A DNA stretch of 64,000 nucleotides from the human T2T-CHM13v2.0 reference genome, Homo sapiens, in assembly GCF_009914755.1 (NCBI RefSeq), contig NC_060947.1, one strand, 5' to 3'. The position numbers and the translations under genes are program-made. The notes beneath the pieces are model-generated. The model did not search any database and was not told where the DNA came from. It worked only from the letters and a program-made list of their open reading frames with translations. Below are positions 39,480-51,475 of this stretch, one piece after another (within the stretch, counting starts at the first letter, position 1; the number at the start of each line of letters is the position of its first letter).

Positions 39480-40823
39480 TGTGTCCGGAATTGGTGGGTT
39501 CTTGGTCTCACTGACTTCAACAATGAAGCCGCGGACCCTCGCGGTGAATGTTACAGTTCTTAAAGGCGGCGTGTCCGGAGTTTTTTCCTTCTGACCTTCA
39601 GCTGTGTTCGGAGTTTCTTCCTTCTGGTGGGTTTGTGGTCTCGCTGGATCAGGAGTGAAGCTGCAGACCTTCGTGGTGAGTGTTACAGCTCATAAAGGCA
39701 GCTCTTAAGGCGGCGCATCTGGAGTTGTTCGTTCCTCCCAGTGGGTTCGTGGTCTCACTGGCTTCAGGAGTGAAGCTGCAGACCTTTGCCGTGAGTGTTA
39801 CAGCTCATAAAGGCAGTGTGGACCCAAAGAGTGAGCAGCAGCAAGATTTATTGCAAAGAGTGAAAGAACAAAGTTTCCACGGTGTGGAAGGTGACCGGAG
39901 GGGGTGCCACTGCTGGCTCAGGCAGCCTGCTTTTATTCTCTTATCTGGCCCCACCCACGCCCTGCTGATTAGTCCACTTTACAGAGAGCCCATTGGTCTG
40001 TTTTCACAGGGTACTGATTGGTGCATTTACAATCCCTGAGCTAGACACAAAAATTCTCCAAGTCCCCACTAGATTAGCTAGATACAGAGTGTCCACTGGT
40101 GTATTTACAAACCCTGAGCTAGACACAGAGTGCTGATTGGTGCATTTACAAACCTTGAGCTAGTTACAGAGTGCCGATTGGTGCATTCACAATCCCTTAG
40201 CTAGACATAAAGATTCTCCAAGTCCCCACTAGACTCAGGATCCCAGCTGGCTTCACTCAGTGGATCTCGCACTGGGCCGCAGGTGGAGCTGCCTGCCAGT
40301 CCCGCGCCGCGGCCCTGCACTCCTCAGCCCTTGGGCGGTCGATGGGACCGGGCGCAGTGGAGCAGGGGGCGGCGCTCGTCGGGGAGGCTCAGGCTGCGCA
40401 GGCGCCCACCGCGGGGAGGCGGGGCGGGGAGACTGAGGCATGGCGGGATGCAGGTCCCAAGCCCTTCCCCGCGGGGAGGCAGCTAAGGCCCGGCAAGAAA
40501 TCGAGCACAGCAGCTGCTAGCGCAGGTGCTAAGCCCCTCACTGCCCGGGGCTTGCGGGCCGGCCTGCTGCTCCGAGTGCTGGGCCAGCCGAGCCCACGCC
40601 CCCCCGGAACTGGCGCTGGCCCGCAAGCGCCGCGCGCAGCCCCAGTTTCCGCCCGCGCCTCTCCCTCCACGCCTCCTCGCAAGCTGAGGGAGTCGGCTCC
40701 GGCCTTGGCCAGCCCAGAAAGGGGCTCCCACAGTGCAACGGTGGGCTGAAGGGCCAGAGTGGGCGCCAAGGGCGAGGAGGCGCCGAGAGCGAGTGGGGGC
40801 TGCCAGCACGGTGTCACCTCTCA
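39480..40823 (-). mobile_element. LTR12C (ERV9) solo LTR
   Basis: tgtgtccggaattggtgggttc...gtcacctctca, perfect TSD ccag 39476-39479 / 40824-40827, repeated CCAAT units and a CpG-rich U3. Confidence 0.95.
39900..40823 (-). promoter_or_regulatory. LTR12C U3 promoter/enhancer and CpG island
   Basis: Minus-strand CCAAT boxes at 39992, 40017, 40136 and 40177, an AATAAAA TATA-like box at 39931-39937, and dense CpG 40270-40823. Confidence 0.6.
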
Positions 40824-41339
40824 CCAGTAGTTGTGATTTTTGCTGTCACCCCCATGGATTATGAATTCACTTTGTCTGGGTAACAGTGGAAACCCTCGGA
40901 AGTTGTTTCCACTGTTTCATCTAAAAGAAGTCGCCAAAACGAAGTTTTCTCAGTGCCAAAGCATGGACTCAGGTGAGTTGTAGGAAGATGGAAATAAAAT
41001 AAGTATGTTAAGAAGCTCTAGCGCTATATGCAACATTTCAGTCAGAAAGGTGAGAAAGTGAAAATAAATTTGGTTTTGCAGAAAGAAAATAGATTTACCT
41101 TTGCATTTTGTACCAAGGAAAACCAATTTAATATTGATACAATAGAAATATAAGTATGGAAGTAATACCCCTGCAATAATTCAGCTTTTGGTTTTATAAA
41201 AAGACATTTCCCTAGTTGCAATTATTTATTTATATGCCACCAATAAATTTGTTCTTATTATAATGTAGTCTGAAAATTAAGGGGTTATTTTTAAGACATT
41301 TCAAGGCTTAATGTTGCTATATTATGCACTTTGACATAT

Positions 41340-41800
41340 TCTGCACAAGTAAGACCAAGTCTAAAAAATTGTGCTTTATCGGGGCTGCCTCTGTTTAAAA
41401 AGTTTATTAACAAACTGACACATTTCTAAAGAAAGAAAAGTGAAATGTCTAAGGGTCTGATAGTTTACATAAAGATAGTTGATATGGGGATTTTTAGCCT
41501 GAAGAAAAGTCTTAAAGAGATAATATTTTAAGCTACTAAAAAATATTTGAGGGATAAGATACAGGATTACTTACTCTGACTCCAGAAGGGAAAACTAGAT
41601 CCAAAAGTGAAAGTATTATTGAAACAGATTTTTAGATCAATACATGGACAAACAGTAAAAAAAAAAATTACAAAAATTGGCTTTCTCAAAAAGTAGTGAG
41701 TTTCTTGACACTGAAAGTAATGTATCAGAGGATGGCTGAGTATGTTTGCATCTGTGAAAGATTTTATGGAACACTTGGAAAGGGAGGAAAGACAGTTATA
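41340..41800 (+). mobile_element. L3/CR1 fragment
   Basis: gggatttttagcctgaagaa, aaatatttgagggg, ctccagaagggaaaactag, gtagtgagtttc. Confidence 0.6.
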
Positions 41801-42214
41801 TCCCTGCTTTGAAAAGGAGACAAGAGTATGGTATACATGGTTTCAGACATACATTCTGAATCTAAAACGAAACACGTTAAACTAGACCACAAATAACTTT
41901 TTATAGTGAATTCCTGTTTGGCTTTGACTTTTCCCTGTCATTTGAGAATAATCAAGGTATGATAATATTTGCAACCCATCATTTCATTTCAAAACTTTGA
42001 TTCATGGCGTGAGGCCTAATCTCAATGCAGTATCATCTTACTAAACGTTAGGACACTTATGTTGTTACATACAACCCAGAATTTTTTTAAATTTTAAGAC
42101 ATTAAGAAAAGTCTTTCATTAACTAATTTATTCTAAAATAATATATAAAATAGCAATGGAATAAATTCAACAAATGGAAGTTATTAATAGAGTACCTATA
42201 AGTAGTCCGCCATC

Positions 42215-42515
42215 AGTGAGATTTTTATGGAAATGAAATGGTCTGTATCTTGATTGCAGTTGTGGTTACAGAAATTTATTCATGCCTATTTCCTGGTTTC
42301 ATTAGACGTTAACTATTGACATAAACTGGGTAAAGGGTACATGACACTTATCTGTACTTTCTTTGCAAATTCCCATGAGTCTATAAGTATTTCCAAATAT
42401 AAAGTAAAGATGTTAACTATTGACGTAAACTGGGTAAAGGGTACATGACACTTATCTGTACTTTCTTTGCAAATTCCCATGAGTCTATAAGTATTTCCAA
42501 ATATAAAGTTTGAAA
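42215..42515 (+). mobile_element. Ancient L1M (MC/MD/ME) 3' end fragment
   Basis: ctgtatcttgattgcagttgtggttac..aaactgggtaaagggtacatg..tgagtctataagtatttccaaat. Confidence 0.65.
42304..42509. repeat. Direct tandem duplication, 2 x 102 bp (period 104)
   Basis: 42304-42405 vs 42408-42509 differ at two CpG positions only. Confidence 0.95.
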
Positions 42516-42585
42516 ATAAATAGTAATAAAATACGTTCCCAGGTGCTCACCATCTTGGTGTATTTCTCTCTATGTACTGCTTAAT

Positions 42586-43970
42586 TCAGGGATTCTCAAG
42601 GATCCATTTAAACTCATAAAATTATTGAAGACCTCAAAGGGCTTCTGTTTCTCTCAGTTATGTCTATTGTTCTTTATCATACTAGAACTTAAACCTGAGG
42701 AAATTCTAAAATGTTTGCCTTTTTATATTTAAGAAGTATGTAATAGTGGTAATTTCAGAAAATCTAAATATTCCAGTAAGTCTGGGAGAAGGCAAAGTTG
42801 GAAATAGCAAGATTTGGGGCTTATGATCTTCTTGTTTATGTTTCAAGCCATTATTGCAACAAATATTATTCTCATTATTCTCTGTGATAATACATTTTTC
42901 ACCCTAGTCTTCACCCTGGCCTTAAGGTATGATAAATCTCTCCCATTCTTACCCTCAAAACAAGCTTCTTATGGGGCAGTAAATCAAGAGAGGCTTTTTG
43001 AATTGTTTTGTTAAATAGTAAGTATGACTTGGGCATGATAATAAGCTTTGATAATAAAAACAAAGATTCAGTTGTTCAAGATGTACATGTTCTGGAGTTC
43101 TGCTGTGTAACATGTTGCCTATAGTTAACAATACTTTATTGTGGACTTAAGAGGGTAGGTCTCATGGTGTGTTCTTACCGCAATAAAAAAGAAAGAGGGA
43201 TAAATTGTAGGTGTAAAAGACAGGGATACTTGATGGAGTGAGGCAAGAATAGTCAGGGAATGCTGGGGAAAATATTAACATGTGTAACTGTGTGTAGTTA
43301 GGAACATATGAGAGAGTAGGAGATAGAAGTGTGGATGAGAGGTAGATAGATACTTTGGGGAGGACAGGATGAAGCATTAATAAGTTATTATTTGTTATTT
43401 CTTATCATTAGTAACAACTCAGAAACACTATGTTTACATAATCCAACTGACTGTTATTAAAAGGTAACAAGTAATAAGTTCTTTATGTTTTATCATGTTC
43501 ATGTTTAATTTGAGTATAATAAACCCATTATAGTTTAACTGAGATAATATTTTATAACTTTATTTTAGAAAATAAAAATGTAATGAATAATGTAGAATGC
43601 CTGGCTTACTGAAGACAGGTGGATTCTAAGATCTGATTCTACATTCAATTCACTGCATTGTGTTATGGTGGTTGAAGGATGTGAAGAAAATCTGCTTACA
43701 TAGATATGTAGCTAGAAAAGAGAATCTTCATAGATTATCAGACTATGGGTATCATTCTGCAATACTAGACTGAAAGGCCACATGAGGAAGTTTTCTAAAG
43801 GCTAGTTACAATATGGAATAAAAAAAATCACATCAATAGACTTCTCATACTCTGCTTTATTCAAATCTATTCATCAATTTCATAGTTAATGGATCTTTTA
43901 TCCATATACATATTTGTAACATCATGCATAGATAATGTGTACAATAACTTCTATTTAAAAATCATGTTCC
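42586..43970. mobile_element. Charlie1-like hAT DNA transposon fragments (42586-42725 and ~43500-43970), with an L1MA/MB 3' piece at ~43060-43195 between them
   Basis: aaaattattgaagacctcaaagggctt; aatgcctggcttactgaagacaggtggattct; ttgtaacatcatgcat. Confidence 0.6.
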
Positions 43971-44150
43971 TTGTAACTTTATTTGTGCTCAATAATTAAA
44001 GGCTTTACCTATAGTACCTTCCTTTGGAGAAAGCATTTTTTTGTTTTATCACTTGAAAATTAAAATTTCAATTTTTAAATTTTTTATGGTAATGGGGCAT
44101 GTTTGGTATTAAGAATTAAATTCCAAGTCTGCCTGATTCGAGCAGATTGA

Positions 44151-45685
44151 TGTATGAGTTCCCTAGGCCTGCCATAACAATGCATTTCTGATGTTTTAAG
44201 CCACCCATGACCACAAGCTGGGTTGCTTAAAACACCAGAAATGTATTGTCTCATATTTCTAGAGGCTAGAAGTCTAAAATCAAGGCATTGACAGGTTCCT
44301 GCTCTCTCTGAAACTCCTAGGAAAAGATCTTTCCTTGGTTCTTCTTAGCTTCTGGTGCAACAATCCTTGGTGTTCTTTGGCCGGTGGATGCATCATTCTC
44401 ATCCCTGCCTTCATTTATGCATGGTGTTATCCCTCTCTGTCACTTCTACTTTCCTTATAAGGGCACCAATCATATTAAATTAAAGGATCACATTACTCCG
44501 TACTATCGCATCTTAACTAATTACATCTGCAATGACCATATTTCCAAATAAGATTACATTCTTACTTTCTAGAAAGGACATGATTTTCAGGGACTAACCA
44601 GACTCCGTACAGTCTTACCTTTGGACTCCCCCAAATTCAATCTGTCTCCTGTGCAAAATGCATTCATTTCATCCCAACATCCCCAAAAGTCTTAACCCAT
44701 TTCACATTAACTCTAAGCCCACAATCTCATCTAAATGTCATCCAAATTAAGTATAGATAAGTCTCTGGGTGTGGTCCATCTATGGAAAAATGTATCTGTG
44801 TTCACAAATGTTATCTGCTTCCAAAATATAATGATGGGATAGGGAATAGACATTTCCAATCTGAAAGAGACAAAATTGGCGGAATAAAGAGATTACTAGT
44901 CTGAAGCAGTCTGCACCACAGAATGAAAAATTCCATTAGTTTTTAAGACCTGAGAACAATTATCTGTGGATCAATGCTCTGCCTGCTTCAGTCCATAATG
45001 GGAATGTTTCTGCCAAGATATTTGATTGGATCCGTAAGTCAGTTGCCTAATCTTTTTATCAAAAGCTTGTTCAGCCTCACTCTTGGCCCTGTTTCCAGAG
45101 CATAATATCTACATAGGCTGAGAATTTTCCAAATTATTCAAGTGTAGATTCCTTTATGATTAGCATTTTATTCCTCAATTTATCTCTTTCTGCTAGCATT
45201 TTACTGTAAGCAGCTGGGAGAAACCATGCTGTACCTTTCTTGCTGTGCCGGGAAATGTACTCAGCCAAATACACAAGTTCATTGCTTATAATTTCTAATT
45301 TCCACAGAACGATAGACTAATTCAGCCATGTTTTCTGCCACTTTCCTAACAATGATTACTTTTTTTCTCTGCTGTTTTCCATTTCTGCCTGAGGCCTTAT
45401 CAGAAGTGTTGTTAATGTTCATATATCTAGCAAGATTCTGTTCATGACAAGATATGTATTTTCTAAGATGACCATAGCTTTCTTTACAGCTCACCTCACT
45501 TCTTTCCAGCCCTCCACAGAATCACCTTTCGCTTTCATATTTTAACCAAAAGTCTCCACAAGGCAATATAGGCTTTCTCTATCAAAACCCACAAACTTCT
45601 AGTCTCTATCCATTATCCGATTTCAAAGTAACATCCACATTTTTGGCATTTCTTATAGCAGCATCATACTACCCAGTACCAAAAG
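44151..45685 (-). mobile_element. MLT1C-like LTR (44151-44611) plus MLT1 internal sequence
   Basis: gcttaaaacaccagaaatgtattgtctca..ttacatctgcaatgacc. Internal region ccccaaaagtcttaacccatt...cccagtaccaa. Confidence 0.75.
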
Positions 45686-45902
45686 CTGTTGGTAGCTTGT
45701 GCTCTTTGATTGCTAAGTAACATTCCCTTGTATAATTTTACCACATTTTATTTATCTATTTACCAATTGATAAACATTTGAATTGTTTCCATTTTGTGAC
45801 TGTTATGAATAAAGTTCCTAAAAACATTTGGATGTACATCTTAATGATATGCTTTCACTGGTCTTGGTAAACATCTACGAGTGGAATTGCCAGATTATAT
45901 AG

Positions 45903-46113
45903 TGTGATGGTTAATTTTATGTGACAACTTGACTGGGCTAAGGGATATCCAGAAAGATGGTAAAACATGATTTTTTAGTGTGTCTGTTAGGTTGTTTCCA
46001 GGATAAATTAGCGTTTGAATCAGTAAACTGAGTAAAGAAGATTGCCCTCACCAATATGGGCAGATATCATCAAGTCAATTGAGGGCTCAAATAAAACAAA
46101 AAGACGAAGAACA

Positions 46114-46150
<37 letters not shown>

Positions 46151-46496
46151 GATCTCACTGAGCTAGAGCTGGGGCATCTATTTTCTCTTACCTTCAGACA
46201 TCAGAGTTCCTGGTTTTCCAGCCTTCAAATTCCTGGACTTAACATCAGTGTGTCCTCCATGGTTCTCAGGACTTCAGACTCAGATTTGGAATACATCATC
46301 AGCTCCCCTGGTTCGCAGGTGTTTTGACTCAGTTTAAATTACACTACCGGGTTTTCTTGTTCTCCAGTTCACAGAGAGAAGAGAGTGGAACTTCTTAGCC
46401 TTTGTAATTACATAAACCTATTTCCATAATAAGTCTATATCTAATTATAGATAGATATATCCATTTGGTTCTATTTATCTGGAGAACACTAATACA
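45903..46496 (+). mobile_element. MLT2 (ERVL) solo LTR inserted in an L1ME 3' fragment
   Basis: tgtgatggttaattttatgtgacaacttgactgggc...ggagaacactaataca. TSD tatag / tatgg. Confidence 0.85.
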
Positions 46497-46519
46497 TATG
46501 GTAAGCGTATGGTTAATTT

Positions 46520-48098
46520 TTAATTATAATTTTAAATAACATTTTTAGATTCACAGTAAAATTGAGTGAAAGGTACACAGATTTCCCAAATACTCTTGGC
46601 TCCAAAACATGCATATCCTCCCCATACCTACATCCCCCACCAAAGTGGTACATTTGTTACAGTTGTTGAACCTGCATTGACACATCATTATCATTCAGAT
46701 TCTATAATTTACATTAGGGTGCACTTTTGGTGTAGTACATTCTATGGGTTTGGAAAAATGTGTAATGATATGTATCCACAATTATGGTATTGTACAGAGT
46801 AGTTTGACTGCCTTAAAAATCTTTCTTCTGCCTACCTCTCCCTTCCTCTTCCCTATCCCCTGGTAACTACTGATCCTTTTACTGCCTCCATAGTTTTGCC
46901 TTTTCTATAATATCATATTGTTGGAATCATACAGTATGTAGTCTTTTCAGATTGGCTTCTTTTATTTAGTAACATGCATAAATTTTCTTCATGTCTTTTC
47001 ATGGCTTCATATCCTATTTATTTTTTGCACTGAATAATATTCAATTGCTGCATGTACCACAGTTTATGTAATCATTTATCTACTGAAGGGCATATGAGTT
47101 GCTTTCAGCTTTAAACAATTATAAAGTTTCTATAAACATCTGTGTGCAGGTTTTTGTGTGGATATAAACTTTCAAATCCTTTGAGCAAATGCCAAGAAGT
47201 GTAGTTTATGGATTATGTGGTAAGAGGATGTTTAGGTGGAGAATATGCCAAACTGTCTCCCAAAGTGGCTGTACCACTTGCCATTCCAATCAGCAATGAA
47301 TGAGAGTTTCTGTTGTTTTACAACCTCTCCAGTATTTGATATCAGCGTTCAGGAATTTGGGTATTCTAATAAGTGTGTAGTGGTATCTCATTGTTGTTTT
47401 AATTTGTATTTCCCTGATTACATATGATATGGAGCATCGTTTGATATGCTTATCTTTGATCTGTATATCTTCTTGTTTGAGGTGTCTGTTCAGAACTTTG
47501 ATCCATTTTTCATTAGTGTGGTTTGTTTTCTTATACTTGAGTTTTAAGTGGTCTTTGTATATTTTAGGTAATAGTCTTTTATTAGATACATGTCTTGAAA
47601 ATTATTTTTTCTAAGTCTGTGGCTTTTCTTTTAATCCCTTTGACAGATAATTTTGTGAAACAGAAGTTTTTAATTTTAATGAAGTCCAGTTTATCAATTT
47701 TTAATGAATCATGCCTTTGGTGTAATAGCTAAAAAGTCATTGCTAAATCCAAGGTCATCTACATTTTGTCTATGTTATCTTCCAGGAGTTTTATAGTTTT
47801 GTGTTTTACATCTAGTTCTGTGATTCATTCTGAGTTATTTTCTTGTGAAAGTTATAAAGTCTTTGTCTATATTTATCTTTTACATGTGGATGTCCAGTTG
47901 CTTCAACACCATTTGTTGAAAATATGACCTTTCCTTCATTGTATTGTCTTTGCTTCTTTTTCAAAGATCAGTTTACTGTAGTAGAATTTTTGAATTTACA
48001 ACACAATATCATTTACATTAGCATTTCCCCCAAAGGAAATATTTATGAATAAATCCATCTATCTATCTATCTAGACTTGGAGATAGATATATATATAT

Positions 48099-48134
<36 letters not shown>

Positions 48135-48592
48135 ATAAACATATATATACACACACGTGTGTGTACATGTGTCTGTGTGTGTGTGTGTGTGTGTGTTCGG
48201 AAAACTACAAAACTCTGATGAAAGAAATAAAAAACTAAATAAAAAATATTCCAGGTCCATAGATAAGAATACTCAGTATTGTTAAGATGTCATTTCTTCC
48301 CAACTTCATTTATGTATTCAGTAAAATCACAATAAAAATTTCAAATTGTTTTGTAGCTATCAACAAACTGATTCAAAAGTTTATGTAGAAAGGCAAAAGA
48401 CCCACAACAGCCAACACAGTATTGGAGGAGAACAAAGTTGGAAGACTGACACTACCTGAGTTAAAGACTTACTACAAAGCTACAGTAATCAAGATAGTGT
48501 GGTACTGCTGAAAGAACAGACAAATAGATCTATGATTTCATCTACTTGGAACAGAGTAAAGAAATATGCACACATAAATAGAGTTAGTGGAT
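46520..48592 (-). mobile_element. L1MC1/2 with 5' inversion (sense part ~47985-48592)
   Basis: 3'UTR ttagattcacagtaaaattgagtgaaaggtac, orientation flip near 47980, TSD-like gtatggttaa / gcatggttaa. Confidence 0.75.
48052..48196. repeat. Compound (TCTA)n/(TA)n/(CA)n/(TG)n microsatellite
   Basis: Read directly from the sequence. Confidence 0.9.
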
Positions 48593-51074
48593 GCATGGTT
48601 AACTATTTAAAAAATTGTAAAACTGTTTTAAATTAGCTTGAACATTTTTACTTCCCTCCAGAAATATGTTAGAGATACAGTAGGTCCACATCCTTGGTAT
48701 TGTTAGTATTTTAAAATTTAGGTATTCTAGTGCTACTTAGTTTAATGTACTGTTATGCCCCACAGTACACTGGCATTTATGTTTCTAGGCTTTTATTAAG
48801 TCTATTACCTGAAGATAAGGGAGGCAAAGGAAGACCTTTGATAGGTCATACAGCATTCTTTTGTGTTTATAATTTTGCTATTTTTGTAGAGGAAAATATC
48901 TTAAAAACCTACGACAATCTACATGGATATTACTCTGACAACTCATATTAGTTATGTATGACTTTACCATTAAGGGCACCATTCAGTAAATTCTCAATTA
49001 AATCTCAGATTTAAAAATGCTCGACATTTAGGATTATTTTCTCTTATTGGATTCAGATAACAGTTGTATTGGATGTTTCATATCATATCCCTCTTGACAT
49101 GAAAAAAAGTGGCAGGAGCATAAAACTATCTAAAATATTTGCTAAGGAAACATCTTTGTATACATCAGGCTTTACTACAAATTGCATTACAAGTAGTGAT
49201 TTGTGGCTATTGGCATTCTTTAAAGCACCCGTATTTAAACTTCCCTTGTTGAGAAATGTAAGAAACCTTTATATTAGAGTTGCTTTAATGAGTTATGTTA
49301 AATGTATATTATACCTATCTATCCATCTAGATATAGATTGAAAGGTTTCCAAAATTTGCATTGCTCTGACAAGAACCAAAAAAGAAAAGCAGTGTATCCA
49401 ATCTTCCAGAATGTGAGTTCTTAAAGAAAAAGGAATTCTGTTTACATGGAGCATAAGCCAGACTTAGACTGCTGAACCTCAGAGATACCAGGATACCAAA
49501 CTGCAGTTCCTTTCACCAGTTTGCAACTTAAAAGGATTCCAACACTAAATGGTCTGAAGGCTCAAAGTAAGACACACACCTATTTGTGTTTAACACTCGA
49601 TTTCCAGATAACAACTAAATGCATGATTTTACTCAATTAAATTAAAAGAAATACAGAATACTTTGTAGTGGCAAATTCTTCCCTCGAGTGCCATTTGTGA
49701 TTATTGAAGCACTAATTTTGACTCATTTTCTTCAAATGACAATATTTAAATTAGTTTTTGTGCCAGAGGTGACCATCGTAAACAATAAAAAGGTAGAATA
49801 TAAAATTATATTAATTCAATTTCTTTTAGCTTTGCAGAATGAAATTATGTATTCCAAGAGACATGGAAGAAAGAATCCACACTATTAAAATACATTCTAG
49901 CTCTTCAGGCCTAAACTTTAGATGTAAAACAGAGACGTAAATAGAGAGTCATTGCCACTGTGTCATCACTCATTTCCAATGCTAATCTGAATATTTACCA
50001 TATAATCAGTTGGAGGCCTGTCATATCACCACTGAAAAGGTTGAAAAAAAGGTGTATGGATCTCAATATCCCTGTGATTAGTAGAATTCCATTATTTTAA
50101 TATATCCCTGCATAAACCCAAGAAGAACTTACCTCAAGTTTGTGTCGGTCCAAAACTTACAATCAGTAATGCTGAATGCAAATCATTTACTAATTATGTA
50201 CCACAAAATTTAAGACAGAGTTAGCTAGATAAGAAAGCTACTTCAAGGGCACTCATGGGACACTAGGGGAGCATTTAGAACAGTGTAGAATCAAGCAAAT
50301 AAAAAGTTGATTTGTGAAAACATATGTAGATGGCTAACATCTGGCTCCCAAACTTGTGTATCCTCCTCACATATTTCTATGGAAATGAGTAGAAAGAGGT
50401 GTTTTCCTAGTTTGTGAGTTAAATGTGGATGTGCAGAGACAACAGAAGATTTTCTCCTTATGACTTAGTGATAAATGCAGAGGTAAAATTTTATGTTATT
50501 TATTTCTCAACTTGAGCCTCCACAACTAGGCTGAGTAGTGTTGATGTAATTAAGGACTCTGAAAACACCTGGTTTATTTGAATGATAGTATTTACATTAA
50601 AAGCATTTTGGATTCAATTTATAGTCTCTACATGTGCATCAATAAATTAAAAAAAGTATAAGGGGTGAATAGGAACATAACCTGAATCCTGTTAATCACA
50701 GTGACACTGGCTTACGTTAATTTTTTTTAAGCTTCGGTGTGCATACCTGGGTGAACTCCTAGAAGATCTCCAGCTAGTCTACAATAGAGCAGCCAATATG
50801 AAGAGCAATATGAGCCTTAGGAATCAAAGTACACCTGTACTCCATTTGCTCCATTGAATTTAATACAATTCATAGACTATGAAGAACTTTCTATGTTTAC
50901 AGCAGAGTGCTGGATTTGGAGATGTATACAATGATCACTGAAACATAATGCTTCCTTCTACAGTAATATTGACTTTTGACTATGTTCAAGGTTTGAGACC
51001 TCCTTAAAATGGCATTCTTCTAAGATTTATTCCATTCTGGATCTTGTTTTCAAGCAGAAATATTCACTAAATTA

Positions 51075-51250
51075 TTTCATTCATTCATTCATTCACTCCA
51101 AGTCACTTCTGTGGCACTCATCATGTTCCAGCATCCAGGCAATATGGTGGAGATAAAGAGATTAATAAGTCACAAACTGTGTCCTAAACAGGTTCAGAGT
51201 CTATTAGAGGAAGATAGATAATATAAAAATTAACCTTAATACAATGCATT
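51075..51250 (-). mobile_element. L2 3' end
   Basis: (TTCA)n tail followed by an L2-like antisense 3' sequence. Confidence 0.55.
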
Positions 51251-51475
51251 AAATTTTAGAACACATATTAAACATATATGTAAATATTTGCTTCCATGTT
51301 TGACTAGAGGACATTTTACGTGTGACATCCTGATGATATAATAAGTAAATTAACTAGATTATTCAAAATGAATGTTATTTGCTTCTTATAAAATTGAATT
51401 CTGGAGTAAAAAGACTTAATACAACCTAATTTGAAAAATAGTCTGATATTTATTTAAAATAAATCCAGATAAAAT

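Noticed and set aside
40007-40240. Regularly spaced repeats resembling a CRISPR-like array
   Set aside because: These are the standard LTR12/ERV9 U3 CCAAT-containing tandem units, without unique spacers, in eukaryotic DNA.
40253-40824. Cluster of overlapping Pro/Ala/Gly-rich ORFs
   Set aside because: Stop-poor GC-rich LTR12C U3. The same applies to ORFs in MER52 (52043-53612) and the L1 5'UTR (16116-17160).
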